From an uncultured Acidimicrobiia bacterium (GTDB taxonomy: Bacteria > Actinomycetota > Acidimicrobiia > UBA2766), in the NCBI GenBank assembly GCA_964370965.1, contig CAYJLW010000001.1, positions 23,509 to 87,508 of the forward strand: DNA of 64,000 nt, in the 5' to 3' direction. Below are positions 47,506-56,076 of this stretch, piece after piece. The notes beneath the pieces were generated by a model. That model was not told the DNA's origin. It was given only the letters and a program-made list of their open reading frames with translations, and ran no database searches. The position numbers and the translations under genes are program-made. Position 1 is the stretch's first letter. Each line of letters starts with the position of its first letter.

Positions 47506-49446
47506 TTGGTGCGCGTGAGACGTAAGACCCTGCTCGTCCGATGCCTGGCCGCTCTGGCCGCGGTCTCTCTCCTGGGGGCGGGCTGCACGTCCAAGGGGGG
47601 CGGCGAGAAGAAGACCAAGACCGGGGCCGGCGGCGGGGTCGCCACCGAGGTCAAGAAGCGCTCCGTGACGCTGGCCGCCCTGTACTACGCCCAGGGGCCC
47701 GACGGTCCCAGGGGCGGGTTCAGCGAGATCACGATCGCAGTCGAGCCCACCGACCAGCCCAAGATCAAGGTCGGCTTCCTTGAGGACGAGGTCGGGGGTT
47801 CGGGCCCGCAGTGGCGGGCGTCGGGCTGGGAGGCCACCGCCGTGGCTCTCATGCTCACGGGCATCGACCCGTCCAAGAAGGAGATCACCTTCGAGATCAC
47901 CGGCCAGGCAGACGGCCCCAGCGCGGGCTGCCTCACCACGGTCGGGGTGCTGGCGGCGCTGCGCGGTGACACCGTGAAGAAGAACGTCACGATGACGGGC
48001 ACCATCAACCCTGACGGCACGGTGGGGCCGGTGGGCGGCATCCCCTACAAGGTGCAGGGTGCCAAGGAGGCCAAGAAGACCCTCATGCTCATCCCAGCCG
48101 GCCAGATGCAGTCCGCCGACGAGACCGGAGCGATGGTCGACGTCGCCGACATCGGAGACAAAGAAGGCATCAGGGTCAGAGAGGTCAAGGACGTCTACCA
48201 GGCCTACAAGGAGTTCACGGGCAAGACCCTCCCCCGGCCCGAAGGAGGCGAGGGCGTCGAGGTCCCCAAGAAGGTCGCGGACCGCCTCGAGAAGATCGTG
48301 GGCAAGTGGCTGGGCACCTACGAGAAGTCCAAGAACGAGTTCGGGACGCTCAGCCCCCAGATCCAGGAGCTGCTCGCCGGCCAGATGCAGGAGGCCGACG
48401 CCAGCGCCGAGGCGGCCGGGGCGCTCCTCGAGCAGGGCCTCCCCGCCGGGGCCTACAGGGAGGCTGCCCAGGCGGCCGTCTTCGTCACCGGTGCGTTCCA
48501 GGCGGGTCGGGCCCTGGAGGTCTACTTCACCCAGGGCGCCGAGGCTCTGAAGGCCCAGCTCGAGGCCAACGCCGGAGCCGAGAAGACCGTGGACGCCCTC
48601 ATCGACAAGCTCAAGGACACGAAACCGAAGAACCTCACCGACGTCTCGGCCCTCATGGACGCCTATGGCGTGGCCACCGACGCCGTGAGCGCCCTCCTCT
48701 ATGCCGAGGAGGCGCTCAACAAGGACGTCACGAGCCAGGAGGACGTGATCGCGGCGCTCGTGCTGTCGTCGTTCTTCTACTCCTTCGCCGAGCTCGCCAC
48801 CGAGGCGTCCCAGGACTCACTCGACGTCCTCGACGGCCTCGGGGGGCGCAAGCCCGCCAAAGGCGTCGACCTCTCCGTGATCGCAGACTTCTTCCGCAAG
48901 GCGGCCGAGGCGAACATGAACCTCTTCACGACCGTGGTCGTCGAGGAGATCGCCAAGTCCGAGGGTGTCGCCACGGAGGGGGTGCAGGCCGTCCTCGCTG
49001 ACAAGGACTTCGACTACGGCCTCGCCCTCAAGTCCCAGCAGGTGCAGCAGGGCCTCAAGGAGTACTTCGGGGAGGGCGACGCCCTCGACTACGCGACTCT
49101 CGGGAGCGCCGTGAGCCTGTTCAGCCGCTCCAGCACCCTGCTGGCGAAGTACTACTCTCTCGACGCCCAACTCGACGACAACTTCGACGTCACCGACGTG
49201 GGCAGGCCCAAGGCGTTCACGGTCATGCTCGACTTCGCCGACGACCAGTTGCAGCGCGCGATCGGCGTGCTGGAGGCCGGCGGCGTGGAGGCGTCCCTGC
49301 CCGTCTTCTACTACGAGACCGCCAAGATCGACCGCGAGGGCACTCCCGACGACAAGTTCAGCGCTCTCGGGGACTTCTGGCTCGGCTTCGTGCAGGCCCG
49401 CGTGCTCACCTTCCTGGGTGGGTTCTCCGGCGCCGGCCTGGGCTGA
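47506..49446 (+). CDS. lipoprotein with Lon-type S16 peptidase domain and a long alpha-helical C-terminal domain
   Basis: Lipobox 'LLGAGCTS', the S16 catalytic serine motif 'DGPSAGCLTTVGVLAALRGD', and the lysine region 'GGIPYKVQGAKEAKKTLMLIP'. It is followed by ~400 aa that are predicted helical. Confidence 0.6.
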   Translation: MVRVRRKTLLVRCLAALAAVSLLGAGCTSKGGGEKKTKTGAGGGVATEVKKRSVTLAALYYAQGPDGPRGGFSEITIAVEPTDQPKIKVGFLEDEVGGSGPQWRASGWEATAVALMLTGIDPSKKEITFEITGQADGPSAGCLTTVGVLAALRGDTVKKNVTMTGTINPDGTVGPVGGIPYKVQGAKEAKKTLMLIPAGQMQSADETGAMVDVADIGDKEGIRVREVKDVYQAYKEFTGKTLPRPEGGEGVEVPKKVADRLEKIVGKWLGTYEKSKNEFGTLSPQIQELLAGQMQEADASAEAAGALLEQGLPAGAYREAAQAAVFVTGAFQAGRALEVYFTQGAEALKAQLEANAGAEKTVDALIDKLKDTKPKNLTDVSALMDAYGVATDAVSALLYAEEALNKDVTSQEDVIAALVLSSFFYSFAELATEASQDSLDVLDGLGGRKPAKGVDLSVIADFFRKAAEANMNLFTTVVVEEIAKSEGVATEGVQAVLADKDFDYGLALKSQQVQQGLKEYFGEGDALDYATLGSAVSLFSRSSTLLAKYYSLDAQLDDNFDVTDVGRPKAFTVMLDFADDQLQRAIGVLEAGGVEASLPVFYYETAKIDREGTPDDKFSALGDFWLGFVQARVLTFLGGFSGAGLG

Positions 49447-49476
49447 GGCCTGGAGGGGAGCTTGCTCCCCGCTCTC

Positions 49477-50598
49477 TCAGTACACGATCAGGCTGCGGGC
49501 AACCTCGCCGGTCTTGATCGCGTCGAAGGCGTCGTTGACCTCGGCGAGGTCGATCGTGCGCGACACGAGCTCGTCCAGCATGAGGATGCCGTTCTGGTAC
49601 ATCTCGACGAGCATCGGGACGTCACGGAAGACGTCGGCGCCGCCGTACATGCAGCCTTTGAGCGTGCGTTCGAAGGCGAAAAGGTGGATCGAGATCGGCA
49701 GGGTGACGACGACGTCCATCCGGGGCACGCCCACGAGGATCGCCTCGCCGCCCCGGCGGGTCATGTCGACGGCCTGCATGAACGTCTCGCCGTGGCCGAT
49801 CACCTCGAAGGCGTAGTCGACCCCCCGCATGTCGCCGTAGAGGGTCGTGGCCGTGAGGGCACGGACCTGCGCCACGGCGTCGCCTCCGGACGCGTTCACG
49901 GTGTGGGTGGCCCCGAAGGTCCGGGCGAGCTCGAGTTTGGAGTCCAGCATGTCCACGGCGACGATCTGGGCGGCGCCGGCGATGCGGGCGCCCTGGATCA
50001 CGTTGAGGCCGACGCCGCCGCAGCCGATCACGGCCACGTGCGAGCCCGGCTTCACCTTCGCCGTGTTCAGGGCGGCGCCCACACCCGTGAGGACGCCGCA
50101 GCCGATCAGGGCCGCCTTGTCGAGAGGCATGGCGGGGTCGATCTTCACTGCGCTCGTCGCCGGGACGACCGTGGCTTCGGCGAACGTGCCTGCCGCCGAC
50201 ATGTGGAACACGGGGGCACCCCCGCGGCTGAAGCGGGGTGTGCCGTCCAGGAGTCCACCCGACGCCATCGACGGGAAGGCCTGCTCGCAGATCTCGGGCT
50301 GGCCGTGCAGGCACGGATAGCACTGGCCGCACTGGGAGACCCAGGAGATCACCACGTGGTCGCCCACCTGCAGCGAGGTCACCCCGGGGCCCACCTCTTC
50401 GACGACGCCGGCGCCTTCGTGGCCGAGTACGACGGGCATCGGGAACGGCAGGGTGCCGTTCTGGATCGAGAGGTCGGAGTGGCAGACCCCGGAGGCCGCC
50501 ATCTTCACCCTGACCTCGCCCGCCTTCGGTGCCGCGAGCTCGACCTCTTCGGTGATCTCGACCGGCTCGTTCAGGGAGTTCTGGACGGCCGTTCTCAT
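49477..50598 (-). CDS. Zn-dependent alcohol dehydrogenase, class III (mycothiol/glutathione-independent formaldehyde dehydrogenase-like)
   Basis: 'GVCHSDL', 'GHEGAGVVEEVG', structural zinc 'CGQCYPCLHGQPEIC', and Rossmann 'VAVIGCGGVGLNVIQGA'. The start is taken at MRTAVQ. Confidence 0.8.
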   Translation of the reverse strand: MRTAVQNSLNEPVEITEEVELAAPKAGEVRVKMAASGVCHSDLSIQNGTLPFPMPVVLGHEGAGVVEEVGPGVTSLQVGDHVVISWVSQCGQCYPCLHGQPEICEQAFPSMASGGLLDGTPRFSRGGAPVFHMSAAGTFAEATVVPATSAVKIDPAMPLDKAALIGCGVLTGVGAALNTAKVKPGSHVAVIGCGGVGLNVIQGARIAGAAQIVAVDMLDSKLELARTFGATHTVNASGGDAVAQVRALTATTLYGDMRGVDYAFEVIGHGETFMQAVDMTRRGGEAILVGVPRMDVVVTLPISIHLFAFERTLKGCMYGGADVFRDVPMLVEMYQNGILMLDELVSRTIDLAEVNDAFDAIKTGEVARSLIVY

Positions 50599-50665
50599 GG
50601 TTCCCCCTCTGGTCCCCGCGGTGATGTGGTTGCCTACCGCCGCCATGGCGCCGGGCGGGGCGAGG

Positions 50666-51783
50666 CTAGCCCGTCCGCCCCTCAGAGGACAGGTCCGCGA
50701 GGAGGCCGGCGAGGGCCCTGCGCAGTCCGGACGGCGAGAACCGCTCCGCCAGGAGGGCGTGGTTGGCGTCCAGGACGGCGCCCCATCGGGTCTCGAGGAG
50801 CGAGCGGGCGCAGGTTCCCGGGTCGGCGGGGTCCAAGAGGGCGAAGCGGAACCCCAAGTCCAGGAACTCGCCGAGAACCGGGTACGCCGACACGGCCAGC
50901 GGCCGCCGGTGCGCCACGGATTCCATGACCGGGTTGCCGAAGCCCTCCCACTCGCTGGGCAGGGTCACGGCGAAGCAGGCAGCGTAGCCGTCGGCGATCG
51001 TGAAGCCGCCCCCGGGACCGAGGAGGTCGGGGCGCTGCATGACCTCGATCCCGGCGGCCTCCACGGCGGCGGCGAGGTCGGCCTCGTAGCCGTCCTCGGT
51101 GGCACCGGCGACGAGCAGGACGCTGCGCCGGCCCGTCTCCGCGGCCAGGGCCTCGCCGAGGGCGAGAGCGACAGGGATGCGCTTGCGCCGAATGGCGCGC
51201 GTGGGCTGGAAGAGGAGGACGTCGTCGCAGGCGACGCCGAGCTCCCTCCGCAGGGTGTCGGGACGCGTCCCCGGTGGCGGGTCCGGGTCGAAGCTGTTGG
51301 GGACCACGGTGGCCGCGATCCCGCGGCGGGCGAGGGTGTCCGCCGAGAGCCGGTTGACGGTGACGTGGTGCAGGTAGGGGAGGCGGGGGGGGAACGGGCC
51401 CTGTGTCCCCGTGCCGAGTCCGGCGAACTGCGCTCGCTGGTCGGGGAGGTCGTGGTGGTGGCCGATGGCGGGCCGGTCAACGAGGAGACGGACCAGAACC
51501 GCTGCCAGGTCCGGGTGGAGGGGGAGGCCGAAGACGTTCTCGACGACGACCACGTCGGCGGGAGCCAGGGCGTCGCGGAGACGGGCGGCGGGAACGGGGC
51601 GGGGCTCGGGCCGGTAGTGCAACTCCGGGATGACGACGTCGCCGACCTCCCGGCGGGCGCCGGGGATGAGACCCGCCACCCGGTAGGTGGTGTGCCCCAG
51701 ATCGGCGCACGCCGCCCGCCACTTCTCGGCTTCGACGGAGACTCCGTCGCCGTCCCCGAGCCGGAAGCTCACGAAGGCGACAC
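50666..51783 (-). CDS. GT4 family glycosyltransferase
   Basis: 'VAFVSFRLGDGDGVSVEAEKW' N-terminal GT-B start and C-terminal 'SEWEGFGNPVMESVAHRRPLAVS' (E-x7-E motif). The GTG start is internal to the 561-aa ORF. Confidence 0.7.
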
Positions 51784-51974
51784 GCAGGGACACCCGCGCA
51801 GCGTAGCCCCGAGCGGCTCCAGGGCCGCGCTCCTGGCGGGGCGCGGCGTTCCGGGCGGTCGCCGGAATGAGCCGATCGACCCATTCTCCCGAGGTCGACG
51901 AGTGCCGTTCTCTTCTCCATGTGCCGAATTCCGACGCGCCGGTCGATTCGGACACGAGTATCCGGAGGAACGAC

Positions 51975-52175
51975 ATGGCAACCATCCAGGACGAAGATGT
52001 CGAGTACCTGAGAGCGGCGGAGGCGGCGGCCCTGCTGCACGTCTCCCCGAAGACGGTGAGCCGGTGGGCGAAGGAGGGCAAGATCCCCTGCTTCGTCACC
52101 CTGGGTGGGCATCGTCGCTTCCCGCGGGGCGCCATCGAGAAGCTCGCGGGAGAGCGCCGCCACACCGGCGGCTGA
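51975..52175 (+). CDS. bldC: BldC-like MerR/excisionase-type small DNA-binding protein
   Basis: 'AAEAAALLHVSPKTVSRWAKEGKIPCFVTLGGHRRFPRGAIEKL' closely matches the actinobacterial BldC HTH. The start is at MATIQDED (66 aa). Confidence 0.6.
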   Translation: MATIQDEDVEYLRAAEAAALLHVSPKTVSRWAKEGKIPCFVTLGGHRRFPRGAIEKLAGERRHTGG

Positions 52176-52319
52176 ACACGACCGGGGCGTGCCATCCGGC
52201 CCTCGGGCGGCCCCCGGCACTCGCGTCTTCCGGAGGCGCCCCGCCCGCACGCCTCCCCCCCGAATGGGGGCGCGTCCGCCCCGCGTGGCAGCATCGGGGC
52301 CGGCTGACGGAGGATCGCG

Positions 52320-52526
52320 GTGAGCGAGACGGAAATCAAGGTTGCGCGCAACGGGCCCTACCGCGTGGGAGGCACGTTCCGGCTACTGGACGCCGCCGGC
52401 CAAGAGATCCCTTGCGACGAGGAGATCTCGCTCTGCCGCTGCGGGCACTCGTCCGACAAGCCGTTCTGTGACGGCTCCCACCGGGAGTTCCACTTCGAGA
52501 GCGTCGTCCTCATGGAGGAGGAGTGA
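52320..52526 (+). CDS. CDGSH iron-sulfur domain protein
   Basis: 'CRCGHSSDKPFCDGSH' (C-x-C-x2-S-x3-P-x-CDGSH). Confidence 0.7.
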   Translation: MSETEIKVARNGPYRVGGTFRLLDAAGQEIPCDEEISLCRCGHSSDKPFCDGSHREFHFESVVLMEEE

Positions 52527-53320
52527 TGGGCGGCTACGAGAGCCTCCTGTACCGCGTCGACGGCCGCGTCGCCACGATCACCATCAACCGGGAGGAGCGG
52601 CGCAACGCCCTTTCCCCCCAGGTCATGTTCGAGCTCCGTGAGGCGTTCGCCGCAGCGAAGGCCGACCGGGACGTGCGGGTGGTCGTGCTCACGGGGGCGG
52701 GCGAGAGGGCTTTCTGCGCCGGCGCCGATCTCGGGGGCACCTTCCAGGGCGACGACCTCCCCGGCCCCCTCGACATGCACCACGACCGCGGACACCTTGC
52801 CGATCTGTTCCGGGACATGTGGCGCCTCGGCAAGCCGATCATCGCCCGGGTGCGGGGCTATGCCCTCGCCGGTGGCTGCGGTCTCGCCCTCGCCTGCGAC
52901 TTCGTGATCGCCGCCGAGGACGCCGTCTTCGGCACGCCTGAGATCGACCGCGGTCTCTGGCCGATGATGATCTCCGCCGTGCTCATGCGATCCATGCCGC
53001 CGAAGGTGGCCCTCGATCTCATGATGACCGGCCGGCGCGTCCCCGCCGCCGAAGCCCGGGAGATCGGTTTCGTGCGCAGCGTCGTGCCCGTCGCCGACCT
53101 CGACGCCGAGGTGGCCGACTTCGCCGGCGCGCTGGCGGCGAAGTCCCCGGCGATTCTCCGACTGGGGAGGGACGCGTTCTACGCCACGCTCGACATGAGT
53201 CGCGAGGAGGCCCTCTCCTACCTGCAGGCGATGCTCACCGTGAACACGCTCGCCGAGGACGTCGCCGAGGGCTTGGCGGCGTTCTTCGAGAAGCGCGACC
53301 CCGTCTGGAAAGGTCGGTAG
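52523..53320 (+). CDS. enoyl-CoA hydratase/isomerase (crotonase) family protein
   Basis: 'ATITINREERRNALS', 'VVVLTGAGERAFCAGADLGG', and 'ARVRGYALAGGCGLALACDFVIAAEDAVFGTPEIDRGLWP'. The start overlaps the CDGSH stop. Confidence 0.8.
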   Translation: MMGGYESLLYRVDGRVATITINREERRNALSPQVMFELREAFAAAKADRDVRVVVLTGAGERAFCAGADLGGTFQGDDLPGPLDMHHDRGHLADLFRDMWRLGKPIIARVRGYALAGGCGLALACDFVIAAEDAVFGTPEIDRGLWPMMISAVLMRSMPPKVALDLMMTGRRVPAAEAREIGFVRSVVPVADLDAEVADFAGALAAKSPAILRLGRDAFYATLDMSREEALSYLQAMLTVNTLAEDVAEGLAAFFEKRDPVWKGR

Positions 53321-53351
53321 GCGCCGAGCGCTGCCGTGGAGGGAGACAACC

Positions 53352-54947
53352 GTGAGTGACGACACGAAGGCGACGCCCGCCGCCCCGCATCTGGAGGCGG
53401 GCTGGGACGACCAGATCGCCGACCTGCACGCCCGCCGGGAACGGAACCTGGGCGGCGGCGGTCCGGAGAAGGTCGCCCGCCAGCACGAGCTCAACAAGGA
53501 GACCGTGCGCTGGCGCCTGGAGCGCCTTCTCGACCCGGGCAGCTTCGTCGAGTACGGCCTCCTCGGCGACCACATGGATCCGAGCCTCGGGGATCGCCAT
53601 GCTCCCGCCGACGGCGCTGTCTGCGGCATCGGCGAGATCGACGGCCGACGCGTGGCGATCGTCGCCTACGACTTCACCGTTATGGCGGGCTCGATGGGCG
53701 CCGTCGGGGAACGCAAGGTCGCCCGCATGCGCGACATGGCCCTCACGCAGCGGATCCCGATCGTCTGGCTGCTCGATTCCGCCGGGGCCCGCATCCAGCA
53801 GGCCACGGGCTCCACCTTCGCCATGGCGGGGGACCTCTTCCGGGAGCAGGTCGCCATGAGCGGGGTTGTCCCGCAGGTGGCGGCCATGCTCGGGCACTGC
53901 GCCGCCGGCACGGCGTACATCCCTGGCCTGGCGGACTTCGTGCCCATGGTCAAGGGCACGTCCTCGATGGCTCTCGGCGGCCGCCACCTCGTGAAGGCAG
54001 CGGTGGGCGAGGACGTCACCGAGGAGGAGATGGGCGGTTCCGCCGTGCACAACAAGATCTCCGGTTGTGCTGACCTCGAGGTCGCCGACGACGGGGAGTG
54101 CCTCGACGTCGTGCGCCGCTACCTGGGCTACTTCCCGTCGAACAACACCGAGGAACCACCTGTGGGAGCGGGCGACGACCCCGCCGACCGGCTCTGCCCG
54201 GAGCTGCGCGACATCGTCCCCACGGCGCCTCGGCGCGCCTACGACATGCGCAAGGTCATCGGGGTGATCGCCGACCGGGACTCGTGGTTCCCCATGAAGC
54301 CGGATTGGGCGAAGAACATCCTCACGGGCTTCGCCCGCTTCGGCGGCCGGCCCGTGGGCATCGTGGCCAACCAGCCGATGATGCTCGGCGGAGCCCTCGA
54401 CGTGAACTCCGCCGACAAGGCGGCCCGTTTCGTCTGGCTCTGCGACGCCTTCAACATCCCTCTCGTGTTCCTCATGGACGTCCCCGGCTTCATCGTGGGT
54501 TCCGGCGTGGAGAAGCAGGGCATCATCCGCCACGGCGCCAAGATGCTCTTCGCCGTCTCGGAGGCCACCGTGCCCAAGGTGACCGTCATCATGCGCAAGG
54601 CCTACGGTGCCGGCTACTTCGTGATGAACGGCCGGGCGTACGAGGCGGACTACATCGTGGCCTGGCCCACCGCCGAGATCTCGGTCATGGGCCCGGACGG
54701 GGCCGTGAACATAATCTTCCGCAAGCAGATCGAGGCGGCGCCCGAGGAGGAGCGCGACGCAGTCCGCCTCCAACTCGCCGAGGAGATCCGCAAGACGATC
54801 GACCCCTACATCGCCGCCGGCCACGGTCACATCGACGACGTCATCGATCCCGCCGAGACCCGCCAGGCGATCGTCAAGGGTCTCCGCCTCAGCCGCACGA
54901 AGCACGTCGACCGCCCCTGGCGCAAGCACGGCGTCCTCCCCGTGTGA
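53352..54947 (+). CDS. acyl-CoA carboxylase carboxyltransferase (beta) subunit
   Basis: Carboxyl-transferase N and C domains ('GSMGAVGERKVARMRDMALTQRIPIVWLLDSAGARIQQ' and 'GRAYEADYIVAWPTAEISVMGPDGAVNIIFRKQI'). Confidence 0.85.
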   Translation: MSDDTKATPAAPHLEAGWDDQIADLHARRERNLGGGGPEKVARQHELNKETVRWRLERLLDPGSFVEYGLLGDHMDPSLGDRHAPADGAVCGIGEIDGRRVAIVAYDFTVMAGSMGAVGERKVARMRDMALTQRIPIVWLLDSAGARIQQATGSTFAMAGDLFREQVAMSGVVPQVAAMLGHCAAGTAYIPGLADFVPMVKGTSSMALGGRHLVKAAVGEDVTEEEMGGSAVHNKISGCADLEVADDGECLDVVRRYLGYFPSNNTEEPPVGAGDDPADRLCPELRDIVPTAPRRAYDMRKVIGVIADRDSWFPMKPDWAKNILTGFARFGGRPVGIVANQPMMLGGALDVNSADKAARFVWLCDAFNIPLVFLMDVPGFIVGSGVEKQGIIRHGAKMLFAVSEATVPKVTVIMRKAYGAGYFVMNGRAYEADYIVAWPTAEISVMGPDGAVNIIFRKQIEAAPEEERDAVRLQLAEEIRKTIDPYIAAGHGHIDDVIDPAETRQAIVKGLRLSRTKHVDRPWRKHGVLPV

Positions 54948-55030
54948 CTCGAAGGGGGACTTCGTCCCCCCTCGAACTCCCCCCTGGAGAGCCGGGCCGT
55001 TTGCCGCCGGGGCGCCGTTCCGGGCCGGCG
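54947..55030. repeat. reverse-oriented copy of the REP-like hairpin unit at the accD / phage-remnant junction
   Basis: 'CTCGAAGGGGGACTTCGTCCCCCCTCGAAC' is the reverse complement of the 34.4/37.6 kb core. It is followed by a degenerate match to hairpin A ('CGCCGTTCCGGGCCGG'). Confidence 0.5.
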
Positions 55031-55493
55031 GAGCCGTCCCTCCGGCCCCGCTCTGGGAAGGACCACGGCGAGAGGACTGGGCGCTGGCGGGGTGGGGGGT
55101 CCCCGCCGGCACGCGGAGCGCGGCGACGGTGTCGGCGTCGGCGGCTCCGGCCCGGACGGCGGCCTCGGCGAGGGCGGCCCGTATCAGCCGTTGGTTGGCG
55201 GCGGTGAGGGCCTGGTCGCGGGCCGTCTCGGCGGCCCGGCGGGCCTCCTGTTCCTTCTCGAGCTCGGTCTTGGTGGCCGCCTCGTACTCGTCGGCCTTGG
55301 CCGCTTTCGCTTTGAGCTGGTCGTAGTCGGCGTAGCGGTCCCGTTCCCGGCGGAGGCGGTCCTGGACGACACGGTCCACGTCGGCCTGGGTGAAAGCGCG
55401 CCCCCCGTCGTCGGGGGTGGGTGCCGGCGGGCCGCCCGGCCCCTCAGGGTCGGGGGCGGGTGGGGCCGTGGGGGTGGGTGTCGGGTCGGCCAT
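54980..55493 (-). CDS. phage scaffolding-protein-like gene (DUF4355-like), prophage remnant
   Basis: 'AFTQADVDRVVQDRLRRERDRYADYDQLKAKAAKADEYEAATKTELEKEQEARRAAETARDQALTAANQRLIRAALAEA' is a typical actinophage head-scaffold sequence. The 3' end is undefined: the ORF continues as the antisense of accD. Confidence 0.45.
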
Positions 55494-55589
55494 GGGCTGT
55501 TCCTCCGGTGTGGAGTGGCCACCCCTTGTTCGGGCGGGGGTGTGGCGCCTCTTCCCGCCCAGGGGCGGGAGACCTTACGATGGGGGGCG

Positions 55590-55835
55590 ATGGAGGACTT
55601 CGAGCGGGGCGACCTCTTCGAGCAGCTCGTCTGCGCCGTGTGCGGCAAGAAGGCGACGTGGTCGCTCGCTGTGGGCTGGGTGCGCCTCTACCAGGTCGGC
55701 CCCGAGGTCGTGGCGGCCCTACGGCCGGTCGACACGATGGACGTGTGTTCTGAGGAGTGCGGCCAGGTGTGGTTCGGGGTGTCGCCGGTCAGGCGTTGGG
55801 ACGAGTACCACTGGGCGGCGCGACGGGGCCGATGA
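55590..55835 (+). CDS. small Cys-rich (zinc-ribbon-like) hypothetical protein
   Basis: 'MEDFERGDLFEQLVCAVCGKKATW...DVCSEECGQVWF' carries C-x2-C ... C-x3-C. It overlaps the 3' end of the opposite-strand small ORF by 47 bp, so one of the two may be spurious. Confidence 0.3.
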   Translation: MEDFERGDLFEQLVCAVCGKKATWSLAVGWVRLYQVGPEVVAALRPVDTMDVCSEECGQVWFGVSPVRRWDEYHWAARRGR

Positions 55836-56058
55836 GACGCCCATCGAAAGGTCGCCTGAGTGCAATGGCGATTCGTAACGCCTCGGCCTCGTCCACTTCG
55901 TCGACGCCAGGCTCGCCCTGAAAGAGGTATCCGGCAAGACCGGGAGCCGGTGTCCAGCCGCCTGGAGTGAGCGTTTCTAGATTCGCTCCGTCCCTCGTCC
56001 GATAGAGCGCCTCGGCAGGATCGGTCTTCTTGAGTCGACGTGCCAGATACGTGATCAT
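55789..56058 (-). CDS. small hypothetical protein immediately downstream of the MuF-RelA/SpoT gene (candidate immunity/antitoxin)
   Basis: Its ATG lies 19 nt after the toxin stop. The product is 89 aa: 'MITYLARRLKKTDPAEALYRTRDGANLETLTPGGWTPAPGLAGYLFQGEPGVDEVDEAEALRIAIAL...'. The role is assigned by position only. Confidence 0.3.
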   Translation of the reverse strand: MITYLARRLKKTDPAEALYRTRDGANLETLTPGGWTPAPGLAGYLFQGEPGVDEVDEAEALRIAIALRRPFDGRLIGPVAPPSGTRPNA

Positions 56059-56076
56059 CCCTTGTCACACTACTCC

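Noticed and set aside
53235-55493. 752-aa minus ORF
   Set aside because: Only the first ~170 aa (scaffold-like) look genuine. The rest is the antisense of the well-supported carboxyltransferase gene and runs through the REP hairpin.
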